DNA from: Catajapyx aquilonaris
Lineage: Eukaryota
Direction: 5' to 3'
Assembly (NCBI GenBank): GCA_000934665.2
Contig: KZ538216.1
Location: 1 to 64,000, forward strand
Length of the DNA: 64,000 bases
Below the pieces are notes generated by a model that did no database searches, had not been told where the DNA came from, and worked only from the letters and a program-made list of their open reading frames with translations. Shown here piece by piece: positions 26,764 through 39,429 of the stretch (its first letter is position 1; each line of letters begins with the position of its first letter). The position numbers and the translations under genes were made by a program.

Positions 26764-28659
26764 CTATCACGGCGTAACATTATTGTTGCTCGTCAAAACG
26801 GCAAAGTCACTCAGAGGGTCGCAAAACTGTCAGGATATCCTATACCTTTTGTTTGAACCCCATTATCTCTTTAACGAGGCTGCGGGGATCCTATGTTTAC
26901 TTACAAAAAAAACATTTGTTCACGTGTGTCCTTTACCCATCCTCACTGGGTTGACATTTTGCCGTACACTGATTAGTTTACACAAATGCGAAATATAACT
27001 TTCGAAAACACATAAGCCACGTCCTCCCTATTTTCTGAGAATGTAAACACAGCTTCTTACAATTTACTTGCAAGTTGGCAGACCCTTCCACTACTTAAAC
27101 TAAGAATCTTGTTCACAAACCTACAAAGTCTAGTCATGCAAGCACGCAAACAATCGGCTTTTTTAAAAAAAAAACCAGAATGTCCCTTTTTCCCTCGACT
27201 TTTCTTAGTTTGTCATAAACTTTCAGAACGTATACAGATCCGACATTTGGTACAATCAGGATCGAAATCCTTGAGTATGATTCTATCGATTTAGTAGGGA
27301 TGGACAAGTGTGGCATATTCAGCTATCCCGCGCCGGTTTCAATTAGCCTTATGCTTGTCAGCCGCTGCGTTGTGGGCGTCGTAAAATAGGTGGGTAATTG
27401 GCGCCATCCGAGTGGCGATCGGGCTTTCCCCGGCCTATCCCTCCCCTTTCCTCCTCGGTCCTCCCAAGCCCGGGAATAAATGGAAAAGGCCAGGATTATT
27501 CCGTGACCTGAGAGCTGAAAGGAGGCTGCCCCGCCCCTGCTATAAACCGCGCAATATCGGAGCTCGATTATCGACGCGGTAGGCCATAAAGAAAGGCACC
27601 CGATGTGACAAAGTCCAGATGGGCGTGAAGATAGGATTTGCAAAAAGGGACAGACACACGTCATTACACACACCCCCTCCCAAAAGAGCAAAACCAAAAA
27701 ATACAAACAACAACATATTCTGGCTACGCCAGACTGGACATCATATTTCGATCCGTATTGATCAAAGATGCACCAAATTACATGTTCACCAATGCCTGCA
27801 ATGTGTCCTGTTTAAAATTCCCCAGTGCGCATTAGAAATGCAGGTGGAACGCAAAATATTTATCAATTCGCAATCATAATTTAAAATGGAGTTCCGCAGC
27901 GGCGCTGGCATTGAACTCATTAGCAAGCATTGTACATATATCCGATGCAGTCGATGCCAACGTTGAAAAAAAAATCCTAATGCACGCTACCAATTACTTT
28001 GGGCCCTTTGACTATTAATCAAGCAAAGTGCCTCCTCAGTGTGCTAGAGTCAACTAAAGGATATATTGCATATGTGCGGTCGGGCCTTAATCTCCGTATT
28101 TTATAGTAAAACTGGCCAATATCGGAGCATAATTTCCTGCTCTTTATTATGCGCTAACCTTGGCTAGTACAATTTGCAAATGGGATTCGCAATGAGCCAA
28201 GTACTCTTAATATCCCTGAGCGCGTTAAAGCTTGCTTCTTTCTGCACTGAAATCATTTTCGAACGAGCCCTGGAATACCAATTTACCCCTCGGTAAAATC
28301 TCCACAAGGGTAAGAACCATCCCTATATCTCCCGTTCGGTATTCAAATGATCAAAATTAACCGGATTATACTAGTAAGTTCGATCATGATCAGCACCAAA
28401 CAACTGATCATATACGGTAGCTTCTTGCAATAATGACTTTCATCCTGCTTTAAGTATGAGTTTCAGACTCAATACTGACCAAAAACAGTGGTTTCAGGCT
28501 AAGCTGGCTTACCAAGAGTGTAAATGATTGAAATAGCCAAAATGATTAGGTTATATCAACCAAAATGTTAGTCAGGACCTATATTAACGTTCAGCGGTAG
28601 AGTCAAACATTATTTTTGTTTATTCAACTGAATATAATATTTTTTAGGAAGGAATTTCA

Positions 28660-28824
28660 TAATAGGAGACCAAATGGGGCAGGGGTAGGGTCACGCTGCA
28701 CAACCTACCCCATGACCTAACCTTCCTTCCCGGGGGATACACGCCTATCTTTCAGCGGATACATGCCTATCCTTCAGCGGATACACACCTAGGAAAGTAG
28801 GTAAAAGTGCGGGGTCTCCTGTTA
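28660..28824. repeat. Short element with 12-bp inverted ends and an internal 22-bp tandem repeat
   Basis: taataggagacc ... ggtctcctgtta (11/12 inverted match); ggatacacgcctatctttcagc-like unit repeated about 2.6 times at 28735-28791; internal acctaacct motif. Confidence 0.5.
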
Positions 28825-29618
28825 CTTTTTTGAGTGTACCCCTATGTGACTCTCCTAGAGTTTAGGTACAAGAGTATAGTTTTGGTCCCAGCAGCAAGAG
28901 TAGCTCGCTTTAAAAAACTGGGGGACAATAAATCAAATGACCGTGAGCGCGGCAGTGAGAAATCAGGAGGCGAAAAATTGCCGCAAAGTTGCACACGTAA
29001 TTACGTTGACCGCCATCAAATACTCGCGGACATAAATTGACTGTGGAAATGCAATTTCATCCGAAAAAGAGGAGGGGGGGGGGCATTTCAATGGCGTGAT
29101 GGGCCAAGTCTTGGGCGGGGGAGAGGAGGAGGGAAACCTCTTATCTGCTATCTGCACCCACAAAAGAACAAGTTAATAAGATATCTGTCGTAATTTATGG
29201 CTTCCTTTTTCCAATTTGGCTCCCCTGTCATATATACGTATAGGCCAGACTTTACGCGTCGGTGAAACTAGGTAAAAGACGAGATTTCATCAATTTCATT
29301 GGGCCTGATTAGCTGGTTTGGTGTCTCCAGATGTTAACTCGGAAATTTTCCACTTAATTGTCACAATTGTAACGTTGAGCTGGATTACATATGTGTAACA
29401 TTACAAATGACATTAACATATTACATGTCAAAATAATTATACCTACTGTTGGCTACTCTGTTGCTTATCATATCCTACTGCAGGCTACGTTTCATCTCAA
29501 ATATTATATTCCCTATTCACCCAAATGACTTATTGCAACCTGCGGTTCAGCAGGCATGTATGGCTGTATTCAATGTTCAATTGAGGTTCAGGTGCGGAGC
29601 ACAATGCAGAGTACGTAC

Positions 29619-29875
29619 TTGAGCTGGGAAATATTTCGGTCAAGCTGGCGGGTGGGACCCAGGGACGAAAATGGAATGTCCCTGCTGAAGGATTCCAGGG
29701 TTCTTTTCTGTCCCTTGCTACGAGACGAAGCATTCCGGAGGCGAAGCCACGTTGTGGCACCATAAAAAGAAGCAAAGAGGTCGTTTCTCCTGGGTTTTTC
29801 CATTTCCGCGGGTAATTCGAGCAAATCCTCCGTGAAGCACGTCATGTATTCTCTTATAATATTGATACGCGCCAT
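29619..29875 (-). pseudogene. Degenerate first exon of a Myb/SANT-like gene (Myb_DNA-bind_5 / NAIF1-MSANTD-type N-terminus)
   Basis: caagATGGCG start; MARINIIREYMTCFTEDLLELPAEMEKPRRNDLFASFYGATTWLRLRNAS resembles the F.E.ELE.L...V..R...LF.SF.G..T...R..AW pattern, with the expected Trp replaced by TCG (one change from TGG); ends SQLK at donor AA|gtacgt. The middle appears frameshifted. Confidence 0.4.
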
Positions 29876-30737
29876 CTTGTGTGCAATGCGGATGGAACGC
29901 ATTAAACAATAATATAGAGGTGGAGTGGAAATATACGTCCCTTTTTGTCACCATAAGTTCGCATGATGGTATAGGCTTCAAAATATGTGTTGCATTTACT
30001 ATATGGTGTTTGTTACTAGGCAGACATTTGGCGCCACTGTACTATTGCTCTTGTGATCAAACCATGCTAACCTTACACCCTCTCAATAGCGTTTATATGA
30101 TTTATGAACCCTTCCTAATTAAATATCCTTGCACTTCGCATTGTATCAGATAGGGGCAAACTCTGACAGCTGGCGCAACAAATTAATGGCATGGCACAGA
30201 GATATACCTTGGTAACATCTTCCAAATTCTGCATACGATGTGAAGAGAGGGGCACAGAAGTGAAGTTCAAGTAAAATAATCTTGTTCACGACAAGCCCTT
30301 TGCTAAACCTCAACAAAGAAAGCGAGTAGCATTTGTATGAAAGTTGGCCCGTCTTGGGCCTAAAGGCTACTGAAACTTTCTCAAGCTTCATTTCCCTCTG
30401 GGTGATCCCAACTAACTGCTGTTAATCTAACATGACCTTTCCGCTTTATTGAATTTGAAAGTTTATTCTTTCCTTCGCTGCTTGGGGCAATTTCCCGTCT
30501 TCAGTTTCTTGTTACGGTGTAGGTCTCCTTAAACAAGCATCCCCCCCCCCCCTTTCTAACCCCCCTTACCCCTACCCACCATTTCATTTTCCTCCCAATT
30601 CGTTAGAACAAAGAGAAAACCCCTCTAGACATGTTCCAGAACAGGGCAAATATCAATGTACCTCCTCAGAACTCTCCATCCACCCACCTCCCCACCCTAG
30701 AGCTTTAGGAGAGTCAGCAATATGAGTGTGTACTCAC

Positions 30738-30946
30738 CAATCACGGTCAAGTTGACTTTGGAGTTTCGTGTCTGGGCTTCTTTAAAGTCCACGCGACATC
30801 GATATACACCTGCATCTCCTTCCTGCACGTTCTCGATGGCCAAAGAGGCAGGTAGGGTGGTCGATCGGAAGTAGGCCCGGTTTCCAAAAACGTTCTCGTC
30901 CGACCACCTCTCAGCTTCCTGGAACGGCCTCTCCCTAGCATCCACA
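30738..30946 (-). CDS. Next internal coding exon of the same Sidestep-family gene; second half of the V-set Ig domain
   Basis: Acceptor ttttttgtcttcag|T at 30946, donor GTGATTG|gtgagt at 30738; 209 nt, phase 2 in (AG|T = Ser, joins the previous exon in frame) and phase 1 out. Translates (S)VDARERPFQEAERWSDENVFGNRAYFRSTTLPASLAIENVQEGDAGVYRCRVDFKEAQTRNSKVNLTVI, with D-x-G-x-Y-x-C and the YRCRVDF..TRN..VNLTVI motif typical of Sidestep proteins. Confidence 0.95.
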
Positions 30947-31959
30947 CTGAAGACAAAAAAGAACAGTGTTGTAAAGACTGCTGAAGACTGATTTGCACTG
31001 TTGTGATCAGATCAGGGTGAAGGATACAGCAATAATGCAAATTTTAAACACTCCTTCAGACCCTTACACCAACTCTTCAGGTTACATTATGAACACTTGA
31101 TACATAATTCGTACACTATTGTCAAGGTGACATACCAGGCGTACTAATAACAGCAGGCTACTACATCGCCGATATGTACACACAAAATACGTCGTTTTCT
31201 CCCATACAACTATTGTGTTAAAGATTCAGTCGGTTCCGTAATGAAAGGCCTTCCCTCCAAGGAGCCAAGTTGATTGCAGCCTTAATAACAAGATAGAGTC
31301 GAGCCAATTTTAATATTCGGTATAATAAAGCAATTACTCTTCTTTTCCTTTCCCTCCGATTAGAATACTCCAAGCTGGTTGCGTGATTGCTAGCCCCAGA
31401 GTATGAAAATTAAGGGGGTTTTTGATGCTTTATATAATTACGAGTGGCACAGGCCCGGAGTAATTTTTACGAGGGACGGACTAATGCCGAACGTTGTTTT
31501 GAGCGTGCAGTCCAATTTGCTACAATGTGCAGTTTGTGCACCAGCCCCATTGGATAGCGTCGTAAGCTCAAAATAGCCTGCCAACTATTTTGGAAGGAAG
31601 TATCGACAAGAACTTGGAGCCCCCCCCCCCGCGCTTTTATTTGTTTACCTCGGTAATGACTTTTACTGTACACTATGTTTACTTATGCTGGGTAAACCAG
31701 TAAATGATTAGGTTTTACTGCACTTACGTCGCTTTATGACCCATCGGGCGAAAGGAGACTCAGAATTTTGGAACTCAAATATACTGTGATGCAAAATATT
31801 GTGTGTAATTTTATGTTACCCTATGTGAGTCTAGGGGTTGAACATTAAACTGATTTTTTTCATTTTCTAAGATTATAAATTATTCGATGGAGGCTAAACC
31901 TACTGTTTGATGAAACGGAAAAATCGTAATTCCCTGTACGTGTGACAAGTATGACTTTT

Positions 31960-32190
31960 GGATCAAACCACATTACCTAACATAATATTCTACCTAACAC
32001 CACAGCCAGTTTACCATTCACAACGTAGCTATCATATTATTTCAAATATTTCAAAGACTAGTGAAACTGCTCCAAAAGGTCAGCTAGATAAACCAACCTC
32101 CTTTTTAGAAACAATTTGGAAACCTAGTGCGTTGAAACTAAGAACTGATAGTGTTCAACTGGTATTAAGAGAACAGCTAAAATGATTACA
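31960..32190 (+). mobile_element. Short fossil LINE RT N-terminal fragment
   Basis: FYLTP...HIISNISKTSETAPKGQLDKPTSFLET (cf. KII..LK..KS.GPD.IP..FLK). Confidence 0.35.
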
Positions 32191-35100
32191 GCCGGCCTGG
32201 AACTTTGCTGTATGAAGCAAGTAACGAATGCCCCAACTTTAGATGAAGTTGCAATGGATACCGCGCATTTGGCCCACTTCCAAAGGAGCCAACCGGGAGC
32301 TTAACGATTCTTTATTACCACCCGGTGTAATAAGGTGCTAAGGCTGCGAGCTCCAAAACCTACACTAGTTTTCTTTGACCCCCCCACCCCCTCCACCGAC
32401 ACTTTTGAAGCAATAAGAGCGAACGACCAGATTTTTGCAAATGTCAAAATTTTGTACGGTCACCTCGACGCATCAACACGCCAACTGCATTTGCGTTTCT
32501 AACTAACATGCTCGCCTCTGCCTGCATAAAGGATGAAGGTAATCCCCACGAGGACACTTTATAACTTGAGGGGGTAGAGGGGGAATTCTGCATCGACCAC
32601 TCCTCCTCTTCCACACTTCTCCCCAAAACCTGACATCTCGTTTTCACATTTTCTCTAACGTCTGCTTCTGTGCCAACGTGCCATTCCGCTGCAACGTCGC
32701 CCATTTCTCTTGGCCCATGCAGCCATCTTGCTTTCACTTTTGCCAGCGATTGCGATTGATTACTTTGTTGCCCCTGTTTTCCCAGCCTTCTTTTTCATTT
32801 TTTTTTGTACTTGGGAGTTTCTACGCCCAAACCCCACCCACTTGGTGCCAGGAAATAAATCTCGCTTTTTTTCTTTTTCTTTTTTTCTTGCAAATAACAC
32901 GAACAGTGGTGCTGCATCCAAAATAACGTATCGGTCCGTGAGTGGTGATGTACGTTTAATGGAGTCCAACCACGTCTAGAACCCTGCTTTGATTAGGCGC
33001 TGTGCCAATTTCCGCAGAAATTCCCCCACAAGACAAGTGGCTCTAACGTGACTCTCACAACTACAAGGCACATTTTTGGAGAATAGTAGTGCTGTAAAAG
33101 GGGGCTGAAGCAGGTGAAAAACAAGGTCGAGTAGTCAGTCATTAATGTGATTTCAGACAAAAAGATTGATACGATTCGTGTACAATTTACTTCCGATAGA
33201 TGTCACTGTTCAAATGCAAATCAGCAGTTTTTTCACAGCAATTGTTTCTTCATCTGCAATGTAGGTAGCCTATACCTTACTCTCCTGTATGCAAAAAAAA
33301 AAAAAGCCTGAGACTCCAATAATCCGGACCGTATTCCCGGGACTGTTGTTGCAAACCGACGCGACGATTTGAGTGCCAGCGGTCCTCGCAGCGGTCAGAA
33401 CAATGTACCAAGCCGGCCTTATGCGTTGCATGCCAAACGGGATTTGACTGGCACGAATAGTACTAGCTTATGAATCGCACTCGCAATCAAAGTGAGCATT
33501 ACTCATTCTGGGTGGGGATAGGGCTGGGGGGAGGGGTAAAAAAAATAAGCGCCCAAAAAAAACCTCATGCAGAGGAAGCTCCCATAATAATCAAGAGTAC
33601 ATTCCACAATGCGGTGCAAGATAAATTAATGAAGCATATAGTGTTCCAATATGGGATCAGTGTTGTAGCTGCACGGTAATGTGGCTGATACTAGTAGCCC
33701 TAATGGTCTATATTTCAACCTGGAGTATGCACATTGGAGAAATTTAGCACGTGTGGAAAATGGGGTTATATCACAGAATAGGGGTAGTTTCTGTCCAAAT
33801 AACGTGCTGTTCGTTTGTGCAAAGAAAATACGTGGTCACAATTCATGCGGGATTAGGGTAGATGTGCGTAAAATACGTTGGCATATCGTTATTAGGCTTG
33901 CATACCGTTAGTTATTCAACCTCTGAAGCACGATTTATTCGACGTGCCCCCCAGACTCTATTTGTAACAGTGTTGGGCTCCCAGGCAAAGGAATAACGTA
34001 ATGTTCCTGCACTAACAGTACATCTAAATTCATTCAATCACTTTAAACGCTATCCCTCCACAAGCACGGCAGAACGCTGGCAGGGTATTAATTGCAATAT
34101 TTATTCATTTAACTAATTGGTGCTTGTGCAGAAGCACCGTAATCCCATCGTGCCTTCAAGTAGTGCGCATTGCAACATCATTTAACTATTATGCGTTTGG
34201 GCCAGCAGCATGTGGAACCGCTCGAATGAATGTCGGGAAGGCTTGAAATACTTGGGAGTTTTACATTGCGTGCTGTACTGGTATGCCTGCAGATCATTTA
34301 CCTGGCACCATGCATAGTGTTGGTCACATGATATTCTCTCAAGTGGCTCGACTGGAGCAAACATGCTGGCAACATTCCAGCCTCAGTTTAATGTTGCATG
34401 CTGCATCCACATTGCCATTGAATTCTGTTCCCACTTGTAAACTTCTGGCATGTGGCCATTGCTATTATTATCGGTCCCCTCTTGCAATATTGAATTACGG
34501 AGCCTAATCATTACGCCTTTGGATTATTTTCAGCACAAATCAAACCCTGTTGCACCACAGAGGGAGACACGTGTTTTGCTGGGACGCCAACTCAACAATT
34601 GGGCAAGTTTTCTCATATTTAAACCTTAAGCACACAGGTACTGTACGTTTTGGTGAAATAAAAATAACCGTTGGTATCCTTGGTGCCACAGCCGAAATTT
34701 GGGATACAGTCAAAAAATAAATTGCGCTCAGAAAAAAAGCCTCTAACAAGCTATTGTCATGCAAATGCAGTCCAACGCAACATGCTGGCGCAAGGGATAA
34801 AACGCATTGTGGCTGGTCCCACAATCATTCAAAAATGCAAATGCGTTAATTTTTATTCTTCAAAACAGATTTCTGGGTACAGCACATTTCAAAAAATTAA
34901 AATAATTGTAAAAAAGTGTTGCAAGGTTTTCGCTCAAAATGTCGAGCTCTGGTCAGACCGGTGGACCATCCTTTTCAGACCAGTCGCCAGAGCTAGCGTG
35001 TTCGTCAAGTGCACATCCATCAATCCTATTGTTTTTCAACGAGAGCGTTTTTTTGCTGCAATTGGGTAATACTAATACAATCATTCGGCAGACCGGTTTA

Positions 35101-36989
35101 TAAAAGTGAGTCAGGCCACTTTATGAATGAGCATGATTGGGATCACCAACTCATAACACCACCAATGCTAGTGGAACTCTTCATATAGGGGCAGTCCGAC
35201 TACAATTATGCAAATTTTTTGTCGCGTGTGGGACTGACTGCCTTGTTTGCAATACAATAGAGGGCGACAGCATTTTGCAAGGAAAAAAACCTGATCCTCA
35301 GAATTACTTTTTTTTTCCTCATTCAAAAGCGCCGGTCCTAGGATAACTGCTGCTTTAAAGCAGTTTTCCGCATAGCCAAGGTGACGAGGAGTTTCATATG
35401 CATATCGTTAAAATGTGGGGAGCAGTATTCTTTTTATTGTGACTGCCATATTCAGACAAGGGGTTTTATGTGGTTCATCGGAAATAACCTAGAAATAGGC
35501 TGCTTGAATGCAAAGGAAGGATACAGTTATAACTTTTGAGTGAGCCTGCCACATTGAGTCATGACCATCACTTAATGAATAATGCAAAGTCTGGCCCTGC
35601 ATTAATCAGCATTTTGTTTAAATTTTGGAATAATTATATTGCCTTGAAATGAAGTCAACAGTTCTGCAACCATTGCTGTATTATCAGTATTTTTTATAAT
35701 ACCACTGCGACAGAATTTTTGCTAGCTATCCAGTCAGTAATGCGGTATTCCAGGCAAATCAATATCATTTTAATAAATACTACTAATATGACACTATTGT
35801 GACATGGGGCTTTATATGTTTTAGGAGACTGTTGCTTCATGTGAAATACCAGTATCCTTTAACGGCTATGTTCAGCCAATGGAACAGTGAGCATGGCCAG
35901 CTCATATCAGGTCAAACCAAGACTAAAATAGCACATATTACACACCCGCATGACCTTCCAGGCAACATTGCCAGCTCCGAATGAGGCACTATTGTCACAA
36001 TATCCAGACCATGACCATTTGATACTAATTTGCACTAATGTTCTTAGTGGACCAAGCACAATGGGCGTCCTATAGATTACCTATCGTACTTGCTAATATT
36101 CTTCGAAGGTAAACGAAAGTGGGTCATGTGCACACACCTGAAATCGATAGATCACACTGCAGTTACTGCGTAGAGAATGCGGAGTCTGAAAATTGGGAAT
36201 CAAAAGTAATCATAGTGGAGTGGGGCCTAGAGAGGTCAATAATGGCGCGAAGAAAATTATATTTAATATTTATAGAGTGTCTCGTTCTCTGCGAGTATTA
36301 CGAATAGCCTACGTACGTTCATGCGGTCGACTAGACGGTATCCAATAAATTTTACTTTCCGTACACCACCTTCAGCGCTAAATTGTCTGATTTGGATGTT
36401 GATTTGGCACTTAAATGACTACTAAAATATTAAGGCTCACTTCCATACGGAAATGTTCTTATGCCATATCAGCAAAATACTGCATGTTTTTAAAATGCAA
36501 TTCAGTCCAAAAATACCAGGTCTGGTATGTTATACTGTCCATTGTTTAACTTTGGCTTTTGATCCATTGGCAGTGACTAGTTCATGTTTGCTATGTCACT
36601 AGAAACTAAGGCCATGTTGCTGTTTTTAATAGCAATCAAAGAGGTGTTTGTTTATCACTGCCCACGTACTGTGTAACACTCAATTAATATAAATGCAGAG
36701 TAGGGGCTCCCTGCTTTTAAAATATTCTGAGCGCTTTCATTTCATGTTATATGCAGTGTGCAAAATCCATAGAGACATTCTCATGTATCGAAACACGCTT
36801 TGTTCCATTTCAAATGGAATTTCCGCCTCCCAAAAAATAGATCGCTAATTACCTATGAATTTGAGCATCCATTTTCCTCCTAACCGCAATCCATATATTC
36901 ATTAAAATATTGTGAATTATAATTAACCGGTCAGTAAAGAAGGGGATTAAGCACAGGAGGTACTCAATTGGAGGCAACGTTTAGAAGTC

Positions 36990-38230
36990 TGGTCGTCTTA
37001 TGGGATGAGCAGGAGGATGGGGAGTCCGGACCTCAAAGTGTCTGAGATCGTAAAAACTGGTGACAGACGCTCATTGCTCGGCGGATTACTGCCTAAAAGC
37101 CTGAGCAAAAGGCGATTTCCCTCTGACAAAGCCGTCAAAATAAATGAGAATTGCTCTAGAGGAGTATAGGTGGGCGAATATTGCACCCAGGTTAACAAGA
37201 GATTCATGTGAAACAGCTTGGGCCCCAGTAATTAGCTAATTAATTAGCTAATTAATTAGTTGCGAGACTCCCCGTGGGCATTAATGTGCATGGTTTATAT
37301 ACACACTACACATACTGCACTTGGGGGGGGGGGGGGTGTTCCTNGTTCCTAAATGCAAGTGTGAACATACACGGAAGTGGGAGTGGGGAGGTGGTGATGT
37401 TGGCAGCTGACGCAGGGAGTCACGTTTTTCGACTTGTAAATCGCAATTTTTAATGTGGATACGATTTTTCCTAGTCTAGACTTTTCCCCAGCCTGAAATT
37501 AGCATTGCAAAATAAATTTGTAACCGTCAGAGAGTACAAATAGAGCAAGCCTGGCATCCGAGACAAGTGATTTTTGAGGGGGATGGCATTCCTGCCTGAC
37601 TTGCACTACCCTAAGGGGGTATAGGGGCTAGGCTCCCTTTTTTTCAACTACTATCCGATCCATGGCCTTAATTAATCTGCGCGCTGAAAAGCAGGCCTAT
37701 AATTTTCCGCTCCGAAGCTTCCGGGCAAAAAGATTTGCTAATGCATTGAAAGGATTTGTTCACTCCAGGGAGCGGTGAAGATATCTGTCCAGAGGAGAAT
37801 GGATGATGTATTGTACATAGAGACGCCACGAGCCTGTTGCCGGATATTATCCTTTCAAAATAATCCTTTAATTTAAGGCAGAGAGAGCTCAGAAGGTAGT
37901 ACTCTTGCAGTAGAAGCGCATGCAATTGGATCAAACAATGAAAAAAAATCGGATTGCACTGGATTATCTCCATACCAGCCAGCATATCAATTTCTGAATG
38001 AAGAAAATTGTCGCAAACAAATTATGATGTCAATTCCAATCCCCTCATCCAACATGATCTGTCGTAATTCGATTTGATGACAGCTTATCTTCTCTGACAT
38101 GGTGACACAATAATGACGCTTGTGGGCGAATGGGCCGATGAATTTCAGACCGGTAAGGGAAAGGCAGAAGGCTTTGCTTGATTTAATTGCCAAATATATT
38201 GAATAACCTATCCAGCAAAGCGTGAACACG
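36990..38230 (-). mobile_element. Fossil LINE RT inside the Ig1-splitting intron, interrupted at ~37210-37660
   Basis: LAIKSSKA...TGLKFI; LLSSLCLKLKDYFERIISGNRLVASL (cf. SLLS..K.FERII..RL); ERKIIGLLF; then ILTALSEGNRLLLRLLG...GLPILLLIP*D (cf. SFLSNR.Q.V...LGPILFLIYIND). Confidence 0.55.
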
Positions 38231-39173
38231 ATGGCATTCAGTTCCCCTCTTTTATAAGGTCATCGCTGCAAAGTGCACCTTTCATTCTTTGCGCCAATAC
38301 GAGGGGGCAAAGTAATGAAACGTTCCTCATGGAGTGGAAAATGACACTTACTATCAAGGTTTAATGCAACTTAATGACCCATGACGCTCCTATCCTCCAA
38401 TCTAATCCTCTACCAAAAAATCATTTCCCCTAATTTAAAACGTTACAGTCTGAGCAGCAAAGCAGCAAAAACAACATCTAGGTGGAAAAGAACCTGTTTC
38501 TTTAAAGCCTAACACTCACATAATTATGTTAAATACACATATTTGTTGCATCTTAGTCTTTGTGGAATACTTGACACACACAAAAAATGATGCTCGTTAC
38601 AAGCGCAACTGCGGCTGACACTGCACACCATGCATGAAATGACAAATCCAATGCTCTGGCCGTCCTCAATTAAACGAGCATTTCTTTTCATCTGGCCTTT
38701 TTCTGCTTGGGATAGTTGCCTAGTAAAAACCAGTGCGTACACGAATGCCACTCGAGATCGTATCATATATTTTTTGCGGAACCTTCTGCGCGTTTTAATT
38801 GTCTGAATCAGTCGCCATTTCCGACGTGGCAGGTGCGAGGGGCTTGGGATATTAACAGCCGTATTTAACACCTGACGTGGGATGAGTATGACGTTTTCAG
38901 CACTAGGAAAAAGCTTGGAGCTTTCATAGGATAGACTGTATATGTGACAGTGTGACCGGTATACACTCATGCAGATTCTAGTGTGTGGTGCATCTTGATA
39001 AATATTATACTGTTAACTCCTGATTAGGTCTAGTGCAGTTTCCAATACAGACCTAAGCCTGATTTTAGGCCTACGTGGAGGTTGCCCACAATATAATTAC
39101 GATTTAAAGAGGATATACATAATTTATTTTATGGTCAGCATGACTAAACACAGTGTTGGTCTAACGCACTTAC

Positions 39174-39315
39174 CTATAAATGGGAGTACCCAGGTCTTCT
39201 CGGTACCAAAGCACCAGTAGAACTTCGTCGTGCGGTTTGGGTGGATCCGGAAGAGCAATGTCACAGGGCAAAGACACGGTCCCTTTAATCACAGCTTGCA
39301 CGTGGCTGAGTGGAA
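39174..39315 (-). CDS. Internal coding exon of a Sidestep-family (nephrin-like) Ig superfamily gene; first half of the N-terminal V-set Ig domain
   Basis: Minus strand: acceptor ttctcttattcacag|TT at 39315, donor TATAG|gtaagt at 39174; 142 nt, phase 1 in and phase 2 out. Translates (V)PLSHVQAVIKGTVSLPCDIALPDPPKPHDEVLLVLWYREDLGTPIY(S), with the Ig B-strand LPC, C-strand W and the Sidestep-type LVLWY...PIYS motif. Not in the ORF track. Paralog not assigned. Confidence 0.95.
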
Positions 39316-39429
39316 CTGTGAATAAGAGAAGAGCAAAGCCTTGTTAGCCTTTGTCCAGGTCTCAGTATTTCATTTATACTCTAGCAAGGATTCCCCTGTT
39401 GAATTGCGTCTGTTTGGTGCAAAATGTTC

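Larger units (their letters stand above)
30947..39173 (-). other. 8.2-kb phase-2 GT-AG intron splitting the Sidestep Ig1 domain
   Basis: Bounded by gtaagt at 39173 and ttcag at 30947 on the minus strand; flanking exon phases are compatible and yield the continuous PIYS-VDAR junction. Confidence 0.9.

Noticed and set aside
30697..30945. Track ORF read as a standalone 82-aa protein
   Set aside because: It is an internal exon: the start is a GTG just after the splice acceptor, and the tail GEYTLILLTLLKL is read-through past the gtgagt donor.
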